NCBI RefSeq assembly: GCF_006345805.1
Contig: NC_043001.1
Coordinates: forward strand, 60,822,001 to 60,886,000
DNA: 64,000 nucleotides
Source of the DNA: Octopus sinensis
Taxonomy: Eukaryota
Direction: 5' to 3'
Part shown: positions 52,525 through 64,000 of the stretch, in pieces
Position numbering within the stretch: the stretch's first letter is position 1
How the letters are laid out: every line of letters begins with the position of its first letter
Position numbers and translations under genes: made by a program
The notes under the pieces: model-generated
Databases searched by the model: none
Seen by the model: the letters and a program-made list of their open reading frames with translations, nothing else
What the model was told of the DNA's origin: nothing

Positions 52525-55500
52525 ATATATTTTTTCATTTAGAGATAGTAGGCCCCTTCATCCCATCATATAAAAGAATTTTAATTTAGCTTCATACTTA
52601 CTACTTATATCTCGGCTACACGTGGTTTTGAGGTTCCTTTCCCGGTTCCTTAACCACGCCGTGTTTTCCTGGAACCTTTCTTAAAATGTAACCCCAATCA
52701 TCAGGCCTCTACCTCACTTCATCATAGTTTGATACTAAAAACTATATTTTATTTTTTTAAACAAATAAGTATGTGTAAATAGGTTCGCCGGACCCTACTA
52801 TACAAGCCATAATTCAATTCAAATAAAATTTAAATAATTACAAGTAAATTAATACTAGATAAATATATAAACAAATTAAATAATTTAGGTTACCTAAAGT
52901 TATGGGGCAGTAAAATAGAAACTTTACAATGGTTTAAAAATATAAAAAAAAACAATAAGGAATTTAAGTTCATACAAACAGATATTGATAATTATTATGC
53001 TTCCATAAGTGAAATAGTGTTGAATAAGGCCTTGATATATCCTAAAAATAGAACAGAAATGACGATGGAGGAAATTAAGGTAGTCCAAATGGCAAGAAAA
53101 ATACTCATTAAATACAAAAATAAATTATGGGCTAGAAAGGATACTAGGGAGTATTTTGATGTACCTATGGGAGCGCCAGATTCAGCACAGGTAACCGACC
53201 TAGTTAGGATATACCTGATTTCTGAATTAAAATTAGAAAATGTAACTATTGAAGTGGGCTTACATAGGGATGATTTACTTTTAATAACAAAAAAAATGTA
53301 CAAATAGAACACTTGAAAATTATAAAAAGAAATTATACAGGTTTTTTAAAAATTAGGTGTTAGAAACTACTATATATAATGAACATTATAACGTAAACTT
53401 TTTAGATGCAAATTTTAACATTACTATAGGGTTAATACAGCCTTTCCATGAACTTAATGAAAACCTAAAATACTTAAATGCAGATAGTAATCACTCCACC
53501 TCGGTAAAAAAACGCTAATAGATAACATAGGGAAAAGGATATCAATGCTCTCTTCGAATTATGAGAGCTTCCTGAAAGACGCTGACTACTATAATGAAGC
53601 ATTAAGGATGGCTGTATATAAGGAAGAAATTAAATTCTAAAATAAGAGTATTAATAGGAATAAGTAACCTAAATAGTGTTAATATAGGGAGTAACATAAA
53701 TGTAAATGTAGACGAGAATAGAAATGTATATAATAATATATAGAAAAAGAAAAATAATATGTATAATAGTCATAACAGGATAACACACCGTAATGTTATG
53801 GAATTCAAGATGATAAAACACATAAAAAACAGGAAAAATATAAATGGTATAAAATATAAGGATAGGTTGGGTTTAATGGAGAAGGATTTAAAATTAAAAG
53901 AAAATCATAATGGAGACAATACGTTAAATAATATAGGAGATAATGACAAGACTTGTGTAAATAAAGATAAGGGGATTAATAATATAAACATAAATAAATA
54001 TAATAATAAAATAATATGGTTGATAGTCCCATATTGATAGTCAAGTTAAAAGTAATATTATTAAAGACATCATTAATACAATAGAATCATTTATTATAGA
54101 AAATAAAAAATATATGGAAATATTCTCTAAAAATAATATAGGAGTGGGGTATTCAACTTCTTATAATGTAGGGAATATTATTTCATCAATAAATAAGTAT
54201 AGGCTGAATAAATATTACTATGATAAATTAAATAATCATCTGAATAGGAAGACTGGAGACCGTAATAGTTGTAATTGTAGGGATGAAAGCCACATAATGG
54301 AAGATGTAATGTAAGTGATGTAGTATATAAATGTGTAGCTTCTGTAAAAGTAGATGGAAATGAAAATAGTGGAATAAATAATACGGATATTGAAAATTTT
54401 CTAGATAGAACGTATATTGGGTCGACATCGAATAAAATTAAACAACGAATAGCACAGCTCTTGAATTCATGTAAAAATAAGAAACTTATGAATTCGACAA
54501 AACCAGGTAAATACGTTTGGAGTTTAAATTTGAAAGAAATCCATTATGAATTAAAGTGGGATATAATATGTAAAAAATAATCGTATAGAATTGGAAATAG
54601 GTCATGTCTGTTATGTACCCATGAATTCATGTAGATATTGAGGACCAAAACGGGGCATCTAAATGCTCAGGAGGAAAGAAAAATAAAATGTAAACATAGA
54701 CTGAAATGCCTAATTAATAACGCCTAACCCGAAATTTAAAGCGTAAGTATTATTACTACTATTACTATTTAATATGAACGTACTAGGTTAAATTAACTTA
54801 CCATTAGATGTAGGGAGGAATAGCAGTGCGGTGTGAGCGAACAAAGGGTGGGAATAATATGGAATAATACGAAATACAAAAAGTAATGTTCCCATGATGC
54901 ATTTTTGTATTTCCTGGACTATGGTTACTATTAAGGTAATATGTAAATTAAGTAACAGTTTAAAAGAAGCAGCAAGTAGGTGGGAATGTAGTTCGCTGTA
55001 CCTTGCGATGTCAAGCCGAAATTAAGACATAGTAGGACAATAGAGTCAACGGTGGTTTGTATATATTCTTTTAAGTTACCCTTTAGCTATTTTTACTTCG
55101 TAAATTTTTAATTGTTATCATTCGTATCATTTGTAAATTTTCTTTTTGCATTTTGTCATTTGTACTATAGTTTTCATTTGAAAATTTCTATTCGTCATTG
55201 CTTCCATTTTTATTCGAATATATTTTTTGCCATTCCTTTCATTTTATATCATCACAAGTATATATTTTATTTTATTTTTTATCCCTATATATTATTAATT
55301 TTATATTTATAGACATAAGTTACGTGAGAACATAGTTTTTGAAAATTTTTATTCGTATTTTTTATTTTTATTTTTATTTTTTGTAATTTTTTATTTAATT
55401 TTTTATTTGAATTAAATTATGGCTTGTACAGCAGGGTCCGGTAAACCTATTTACACATACTTATTTGTTTAAAAAATTAAAATATGGTTTTTAGTACAAA

Positions 55501-55706
55501 CTAAGATAGAATGATGTAGAGGCCTGATGATTGGGGTAGCATTTTAAGAAAGGTTCCAGCAAAACACGGTGTGGTTAATGAAACGGGAAATGAACCTCAA
55601 CAAACGCGTGTAGCCGAGATATAAGTAGTAAGTATGAAATGAAATTAAAATTCTTTTATATGGTGGGATGAACGGGCCTACTATCTCTAAATGAAAAAAT
55701 ATATAT
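52525..55706 (+). mobile_element. Penelope-like element: inverted partial pLTR, 5'-truncated RT and GIY-YIG (pseudogenized), terminal pLTR
   Basis: RT motifs FDVPMGAPDSAQVTDLV and GLHRDD, then NFLDANF, IIWLIVPY, CNCR, YIGSTSNKIKQR, KYVWSL and CLLCTHE. Segment 52525-52845 is a diverged reverse complement of 55383-55706. Confidence 0.88.
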
Positions 55707-55765
55707 TTCCTCATTGAGAATAATTTGAACCCCTGTTATGCCGGAATTTTTATTCCCTAACAAAT

Positions 55766-55826
<61 letters not shown>

Positions 55827-55828
55827 GA

Positions 55829-55860
<32 letters not shown>

Positions 55861-55879
55861 TACGGTAGATGATTACAGA

Positions 55880-56900
55880 TTCTATGTACCCTGCCCTCCC
55901 TAGCAGTGATAACGTCCTTCCAGACTAAATCTGGGTCAGAACAGTAACCATGCTTGTGAACGCACTCAAATTCTTCTCTATCTCGAGTTCCGGACCGAAC
56001 CAGATTCCTAGCATCCTAACCGGACTTTCTGTCTTAACATCCCACAATGTTATTGGAAGGTATCGACTTGCCACTTCAAGTGCCGAGTTGCAAGCCGATT
56101 GATTTATCCTGGTTAATTTTTCATGTTGCCACTGCTTCGCATCTTCATACATAACGCTGATGCAGTTCATCAACAGCTCAGATCACGCGGGATGCTTGCA
56201 ATCTTCGCACCTATGGCTCAACAGCCAACACATACAAAAACTGAGACAGGGAACATTTTTGTCGAACAGAGCGCTCAATGTCGAATGGTTTCGAAAAGAA
56301 ACCGTTCAACCGGACGTTAGACTCGATGTTGCTGTACAAAGGAGCGCTCCAGCTTCGGAAAGTCGGGCCCAACCCAGCCGCTCCGAGGACCGCCGACAGG
56401 TACTGATGGTCAACCCTATTGAACGCTTTAGATTGGTCTAAATATACCAGTGCTCCATCTTTGCCAGACATTTTACCCACCCGCTCTAAGGTGTAGCGTA
56501 TGAGGTGGTGATTATTGTGAATCGTCCTGCCGGGGATGGCGCAAGTTTGCCCATGCCCAACAAGTCTGTCCACGACCAGCACTAACCTCTTTGCTAGCAC
56601 CTTGGCCAAAATCTTTACCCCCGTGTTTAACAGAGTTATGGGCCTAAAGTTACAATAATGATTCCCTTGCTAGAGTCCTTTCTGATCAACGTCACCACCC
56701 TCCGGCACGCAGCCTTGGGAATTCCTTCAATCTGCTGCCCATTGGCATAGACGCTGGCCAGTAGGTGCCCGAACAAGTCTGGCATACTTTGAAAAACTTG
56801 TAAGGTAGGCAGACCATCATGTTCCGGCTACCTGTCTCTGCAGCACTCGTACTTCATGATTTCCTCTGCTGTGATCGGTCCTTCACCGTACTCAGCCTTG
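55880..56900 (-). mobile_element. Tx1-clade LINE RT fragment
   Basis: ORF 56211-56609 gives KVLAKRL...QTCAIPGRTIHNN...LDQSKAFNRVDHQYL. Upstream lies RPITLLNT (minus strand, ~56620-56645). Confidence 0.9.
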
Positions 56901-57029
56901 CGTGCTGAGAGACGCGGACTTCCAGGCAGTATGCTCCCCTTTTATAAAAAACATATTCTCCTCATGTTATACGTTTTGTATATTATTTTTAAAACTGCTC
57001 TATTATTCCTTTCATTATTATTCCTAGTC

Positions 57030-57560
57030 GTAGACAGTGTTGTTGGAGAGGCGAAACGTGCGTCATCCCCGGCAGGACGATACACGACAATCTCCACCCC
57101 ATTCGCTACAATGTAGAGCGAATGGGTAAAATTTCTATCAAACGTGGGGCACTGGTATATTTAGACCAGTATAAAGCATTCGATAGAGTTGACCATCGGT
57201 ACCTGGAGGTGGTCCTCGGGGCGGTCGGGCTGGGCCCGACTTTCCGAAGCTGGATCGCTGCTTTGTTCAGCAACATCGAGTGTATCGTCCGTGTGAACGG
57301 TTTCTTTTGGAAACTATTCGATTTTCAGCGAGAGTTCCTTGTTTTCGCTTTTGTATATGTTGGCTCTTGAGTCACTGGTACGAAGGTTGGAAGCTTTAGG
57401 GGCATTCCGCGTGATCTGATCTGTGGATGAACTGCATCAGCGTTTCTTGAGGACATCACCATCATCGTATCGGATGAGACGCAGCTACCATACGTAGAAA
57501 ACTCCATCAGAAGATACGAAGCGGCGGTAGGAGCTACATTTAATCAGTCAGTCGGGGTGC
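57030..57560 (+). mobile_element. Tx1-clade LINE RT fragment (second copy, opposite strand)
   Basis: IPGRTIHDNLHPIRY...GALVYLDQYKAFDRVDHRYL and FLEDITIIVSDE (YADD equivalent). Confidence 0.88.
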
Positions 57561-57606
57561 AACTCAGGGTATGCCATACATGCGAGGCGGTAATAAAATA
57601 TACACA

Positions 57607-58795
57607 CAGGGGTAGAGCAAAATAATGGAAATACCTTAAAATTTTAAGCAAATTATCTTAATATGGGGTAGGACCGCCTTTGGAATGTATTACAACTTAA
57701 ATTCTACGAGCTATAGACTAGAAGAAAGTTTGAATTGTTTCCAAAGGAACTTTCGTCAATTCTTCAGCTAAAACATTCTCCTTTTCATGTAGTGGTGTGG
57801 TGGCCAGATAAGATTTTGAACTTCAATAGAATGTTCCTCGTGCCATTCAGTAACAACCTTAGCTGCATGAATTGGTGTATTATTATCCTGAAAGATTACG
57901 TTTACCACACGGAATAGTTCCGAAACCATAGGATAAATTTAATTAGATAAAATGCTTAAATATTCTTGACTATGAATTTTGCCATGAAAGGAAAATATTG
58001 GGCCGGCGGATTCCCAAGACATAGCTCCCTAGATCATCACAGATGCTCCTCCATGTTTAACAGTTAGAAGGAGGCAGTCTTGGTCAAATGCTTCTTTTGG
58101 TTGTCTTCAGACATATACTCGGCCAGTGGTCGCAAGTAAAGTAAAGGATGGCTCGACCGAGAAAATAACATTCTTCTACTGCTCTAGGGACCAATTCTGT
58201 ATATTTCTACTCCACACTAAACGCTTTGCAACGTTTGTTTTTGAAAGTAGTCGTTTTCTGATTGCAGCCCTCACGTGAAATATGGCTTAGTGCATCTCCC
58301 GGCGAAAAGCTTTTGTGGAAACTGGGTTCTCGAGGTTGTCATTAACCTCTGCAATAATTTTGAGAGCTGTACTTTTGTGATCCTTCCTAACAATTCGCGT
58401 AAGAATCCGACGGTCCCGATCTGAAAGTTTTGGTTTTCTTCCGGAGTTTTGTTTCGACGAGGAGGATTTTTTCCCTCTTTCTCAAAGGCTATAATTACTT
58501 TCGAGACAGTACTCGTTGATACACTAAACATTTCTGTTGTTTTCGTTACGCTAGAGCATGCCATTCCACTGTCAACGATTTGACATCTTTGAAAGTCCGA
58601 TAGATCTGTCATTTTAATGAATTTAAATTACCTTTTTCTGATGTTATCTTAAAAGAAACAGCAATTTTAGCAAAACATATTAAGCAACACTAATAAATAA
58701 TAAAACATAAAAATATACAAGCTTTTGACGGTTTTATAGATATTTCAAAATTATGATATTATGACGTTAGGTGTTTCCAATATTTTGTCCAACCC

Positions 58796-58798
<3 letters not shown>
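57607..58798 (-). mobile_element. Tc1 transposon with TIRs, decayed
   Basis: MTDLSDFQRCQIVD...SVTKTTEMFSVSTSTVSKV and FQDNNTPIHAAKVVTEWHEEH..WPP. TIRs are gggtagagcaaaataatggaaatacc and ggtgtttccaatattttgtccaaccc. Confidence 0.88.
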
Positions 58799-58865
<67 letters not shown>

Positions 58866-60090
58866 CGGCTGCTATTGTTTCGAAGTTCTGCTGGCTCATA
58901 CATATATGAAATATTTTATAAACAGTATCTCAGTGTTCGTATTCACATTCTGGATAGCTATTGCTTTAAGGAGCCTGGACTTCTGTTCAGTTGTTTTGCA
59001 TCCAAGCCGAGATAGAATGTTAATCATTGACATTAGTCAACGTCAATAATCTGCATACTACAAGCTTATTTATACAGCGCATCTCTCTTCTAGTCAGTAA
59101 CCACCTGAATGTTATGCTATAATGTAAAATTTGAAGTTTCTTGATGCTCTGTTTCGTATCTTTTATGCGAAAAGAAATGAAAAGAAAAAAATTAAGCGTA
59201 ATAGTTCGCATTCCCATATTGCAATATACTATTTTATTCATATAAGTATCAGTAACTTATAGAGCAAGAATCTGGCTTAAAAATTACCACTCATATAGAA
59301 ACCTTTCGACAATTTTTACGAAACACATACATGATTTCCTCCAGACATTGGAAGTACAGCTTCACGTGTTTCATCATAAAATTCCTCATTAATCTTTCGC
59401 AAAACTTTGAAAATAACGCACATACACCTCCTTAGAGAGAAACATAGGAAAAAACTACAGATATGCTGGTTTACTTAGTGGTGGTAACATGTATATCAAT
59501 ACAAATCTATATGAGGTCCTGCAACGTGTCATCTAAAACAAGTTAAAGGACAGAAGATCACAGGAAATAAGCAATTAATTTGAGTAGCTACCAGGAAGTG
59601 TTGAGTAAGTTCTCATTCAAAACTCCAGATATAAGTTGTAGAATATTTCTCAAAATTGAAACGCACCATCGTCTACTGCAAATTATAGTTCATAGGTATA
59701 CAAGATCTTCAATTAATTTTATTTTAACCGCTTTCATTATAACTGCGGATGATTTTTTACGATGTTATGATAGGTCATTTCCAAGCACTTACTAGACATG
59801 GGCACATTATTGAACAACTAATACATCAATATTATGCAATTCTTGCTGAAAATTTCTAAAATTAATAGAGAAATTCGAAGAACTGTTTTTGTTCAGTGGT
59901 AGAACTTATGTCATATTTGTAAAAGAAGAACATTCCAACATTCCAGGGAGCACTTGACTATATCTAACCCAGTGGATTTTAATTCAATATTTACGGGCTA
60001 TCATCAACAGTGATTTCTGCTTTGGATGTGATTAAACCTTCACTCCCCTCTAGGTTTTCAATTGTATTATATATAAGTGTATATGTGTAT

Positions 60091-60121
<31 letters not shown>

Positions 60122-60449
60122 TAAATGAAAAATAAGATACAAAATGTGACAAGAACGCAAAACAACCAGACAACTAGGTGATACAAAAAGGGACAAGACA
60201 TTCAGATAGACGATACAAAAAAAAACGAGGACGGGTCATTCGAAGCCTTTTGTCTTCAGTCAAGAACCGGATTATCCTCACAATTTCGGCTGATTAATCT
60301 TAAGATTGATCCAATCTGGCCAGCCCCAAGGAAAAACCAAACTAAGAGCATTAGATTCCTTGGAAAAAAGCATCGAATGTATAAGAAACAAGGACGGAAA
60401 AACAGATGATGTTACACGAATATAACTACAAAATTACAATAAAAAACAA

Positions 60450-60464
60450 AACAACAACAACAAC

Positions 60465-60519
<55 letters not shown>

Positions 60520-60520
60520 G
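60450..60520. repeat. (CAA)n-(TAA)n microsatellite
   Basis: Seen directly. Confidence 0.97.
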
Positions 60521-61067
60521 GACATAACAACAGGCGTCTTTCGACTGGGGACGAATTGAGTTCAGTTGGCGGGTGTGGAAATGAAGCCTTACGGCAGAGG
60601 GAAGGGTATCGATGTGGCAGTGACCGTGGTCAAGCGCAAAAAGGGTTAGCAGTCGGCCAACTGTCACGTGAGAAGAGAAGAGAGAGAAAAAGAGGAACAA
60701 AGGAATTAAGAAGGGGGTGAGGAGGGAGAGAGTGTGTGTGTGTGTAGGAGTAGATAGACAGAATAATGGAGTGGCGAGAAAAAAGAGAGAGACAAGAACA
60801 TAGTGAAGTGCAAAGTGAGTAAGAAAGGCAAAGAAATGTGAGAGAGAGAGAGAGAGAGAGTGGGGGAGAGTGTTGAAAAAGTTGTACAAAATTTAGTGAA
60901 ATGTGTACTTGTATATATATATATATTGTAATGACATAATGACATTTCGCCAACATAATTTTAGCAGTCCCATGATGGGACGAAGGTTACTGTCATATCT
61001 TTCTTTGAGACAGGTAGATATGACAAAATTTATTTTTTTTACATATATATATATGTATGTATGTGTG

Positions 61068-61112
<45 letters not shown>

Positions 61113-61119
61113 TATATAT

Positions 61120-61158
<39 letters not shown>

Positions 61159-63376
61159 TAAATGATGAGTCTTAAATTTCTAGTTTATTTACATTTCCTT
61201 AATTCCATCCTTGCATTGGAGTTTAAGACTGTAGTTAAGATAAAATTCAAAATCAAACTTTTTCAAATACTTTTTTTCACTTCGCTTAAATATAATCCTA
61301 ATCGCTATATATTAATCTTAATTCTTAACCATAAATCCGAAATCCTATCTTAAAAACACAAAGTTTTCGCATTAAATGGATCACTAAATACCTCGCCGTA
61401 CACCTGAAGAGAATTTTTTTTCCTTGGATAATTGCATTATCTCCTGTTTAAATGCAGCTAATGCAGAAAATAAATTTGGGAACAGCTTATGATAAATTTA
61501 GGGAAAACATTTTTGGGTAGGTTCCTGCTAACGGTGCAACCCTTTTTGTCATATTTCGAAGCAAGATTAGAAATTTGTTATGAAAATAAAGTAAGTATAA
61601 GAGAAAATTTTCAAAGAATTTACATATTTATTTCATTTTTGTCCTTAATACCATGTTCTTAAATTTTCTAACAATTTGTAATGAGATATGTCATTATTTC
61701 AAAGTCATGAATATGACATAACCTACGGCGTTAAATGTGATAGTTTCTTCCAAACTATAATTGACTTGCTCTTCGTAGATAACAACGCGCCGTTTGCACC
61801 CTCTCTTCAGGATCGTCAATAAATTTACAGCAGCAGTATCTTTTAGTTTGAACACATGTATAAAATAAGGCAGAGCTTGTATTTCAGTGGCATCCTGGCA
61901 ATAATCCAGTGGTTATGCTTTACAGCGTATGTTGCCAATAAAGCTCTTAAAATCCCCACACTTTCCCTCATTTTTCCTCCACAGTTACAAAAGATTCATG
62001 TTGTTAAAGAGATTACTAAAGCACGTTGTGCAAAAACTAATACAGCTTTGTCAATCTCTATGAGAGGATTTGATATACTCAAAAAAAAAAAGACGTTGAC
62101 ATTTATAAAACATTTTTAATGTATTACTGGAAACATCATTCAATTGAATAGCTTTTCCATGAGGTGACTGAAACGAATACATAATTTGAAATGAGAAGAC
62201 AAAGGGTACCACAGTATTATTCTGTCAGTGTGTAATATCTCTGATTTTGAAGCTTTTCAGATCAAAATTCAGTTGAGGTGGTATGGCCTTGCATCACGGA
62301 CGAGCGATGATAGGATTTTGAAGTCTTTTTTTAGAGAAACTTGAAAATACTTAGCGGAAAGTTGGTAGGCCAATACTATGATAGCAAAGACAAATGAATG
62401 GAAACCCGAATCACATAAGTATGAACATACTTAACTGGGATGATGTTGCCAGCAGTCGAAGGAACTGTTGTTTTTCATCATATCATGTTGCGTGAAAATA
62501 GAAACTAAATCACCAACATGTTTATTATTTTGAAATTATAATTGCTCTAATTGTGATTTTGCAGCCATCAAATGGCTGGCTTAACTGGCATAGTTGTCTC
62601 CGGACTGCTCAAAATAATATAAATATATGTACCAGTTGTAATCATCTCTGTAAAATACTCGCACACCTAAATATACACCATATATACATTCACCAACAAG
62701 AGTAAAGTAAGTTATATATAACTGTATAATAGCATGAGCGCCAAGCAGTGATTAGTTAAAATATGTTACATATTTTGACTTCACTATAGTTACTAGGGAG
62801 AAAAAGAAATCCTCTTATAGTATAAGTGGTAAAAGCATAATACTTACCAGTTCTTCCCTCAATCAGATTACCAGACGGCCGTTTCTGGATCTTTAGTTTT
62901 CATCAATTTGAAATATCGAAGAGATATAACCCTGTTCAGATTCAAAGCTGCAGCTCAAACTAAAGATCAGGCGTTTGAATAGCAAAAATCAGTCACCGAT
63001 GTTGTCAGTCTTTTTAGCTAAAGCTACGGCTTGGAATCTGCCAAGGGTTATGTTTCCTAAGAAAATACCATTCAATAAGGATAAAGTACCAGAAACGGTC
63101 GTCTTGAAATCCGATAGCGTAAAGCACAGGCGAATTATGTTTTGACATTTTACCATTAGAGAGAAATTAACTGTAATGTATTTGCTTTTAGAAGTTAAAG
63201 CAGGTCGCAAATATATTTCAGCTTAACTAAAGTACGTTCATACTTAGCTATGTTATAAATAATACGCATACAAAATGAAGATACATCTGCATAAATTAGA
63301 TAAAATTAATTTCTACGTAGATATATTGTGAATAACAAACATGAAATGAATACTACTTATGTATATATATATATAT

Positions 63377-63450
<74 letters not shown>

Positions 63451-63480
63451 CATATATATATGCACACACACTATTTAAAA

Positions 63481-63609
63481 GCAGCGGAAGTGTAAACAAG
63501 TAGTCACTCAGATTTTCACGTTCCCGTTCGTCGGAAATTTTGTTAACACAACTGTCCGACGAACGCAACGTGAAACTCTGAGTAACAGATTTTGTTATAT
63601 TTCTGCTGC
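63481..63609 (+). other. 129-nt long imperfect hairpin (candidate structured RNA/pre-miRNA or tiny MITE)
   Basis: Inner arms gtcactcagattttcacgttcccgttcgtcgga and tccgacgaacgcaacgtgaaactctgagtaac. Outer arms gcagcggaagtgtaa and ttatatttctgctgc. Confidence 0.6.
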
Positions 63610-63688
63610 AGTTAATATACATATTGCTCCACCTCTGGTATTTGAGTACAGCTTTTTTCTACCCTGTTTCACATTATGTGCTTGTTCT

Positions 63689-63737
<49 letters not shown>

Positions 63738-63739
<2 letters not shown>

Positions 63740-63990
63740 TGTACAGAGAATATTTACGAAACGCGAGAGAGCAGCTACAGAAACAAACAAGTTGAAGCAT
63801 CAGCGGCGAAAGAAAACAACAGGCAAGCAGAGGGCCGAGTCACCCTCTTTGTATGCAAGTTCTGTAGCAGAAGCTTCAATCATAGGAAGAATCAGCCATG
63901 AAAGAAGCTGCAAGAAAGGGAGTCCCTGATATGTTCGATTAAGTGAACTAAATTGACCGTCTACATAGACGAAAAGGCCCAATTAAACAC
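63738..63990 (+). mobile_element. RTE-like LINE extreme 3' end
   Basis: Terminal Cys/His motif CKFCSRSFNHRKNQ..HERSC (frameshifted), a short 3' UTR cgtctacatagacg and a (CA)n tail. Confidence 0.5.
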
Positions 63991-64000
63991 ACACACACAC

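Noticed and set aside
60130-60420. Repeat with minus-strand ggctgg..cagcc-GAAA and a downstream CTGAAGA
   Set aside because: The core elements are not arranged in any valid hammerhead topology with pairing stems.

Overview
This is a very AT-rich, microsatellite-dense eukaryotic window. The SINE families and TE mix look like Octopus or another coleoid cephalopod (inferred from recalled repeat sequences, not checked by search). I cannot support any intact host protein-coding gene. Nearly all listed ORFs are microsatellite translations or pieces of decayed transposons: tRNA-derived SINEs, mariner/Tc1/maT, hAT, Chapaev3, Helentron-like HINEs, Tx1, RTE and R4/Dong LINEs, a Gypsy gag-pro remnant and several Penelope-like elements (PLEs). 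The main result is at 41844-44210, a head-to-tail array of near-identical 491-494 bp units. Each unit junction forms a complete type I hammerhead ribozyme (8-bp stem I, CUGAAGA and GAAA core, GUA cleavage site, unusually large stem II). The monomer between cleavage sites folds into a nested, branched structure. The array begins with a ~238-bp inverted copy that starts at the cleavage site, and it sits inside a (TA)n tract. This matches a non-LTR retrozyme (self-cleaving, circRNA-producing retroelement), probably moved by PLE machinery. Secondary leads are a PLE with inverted pLTRs carrying a decayed hammerhead, a 129-nt hairpin at 63481-63609, a cluster of R4/Dong 3' ends on (AAT)n tracts, and a templated insertion. 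Coordinates of decayed TE ends are approximate.
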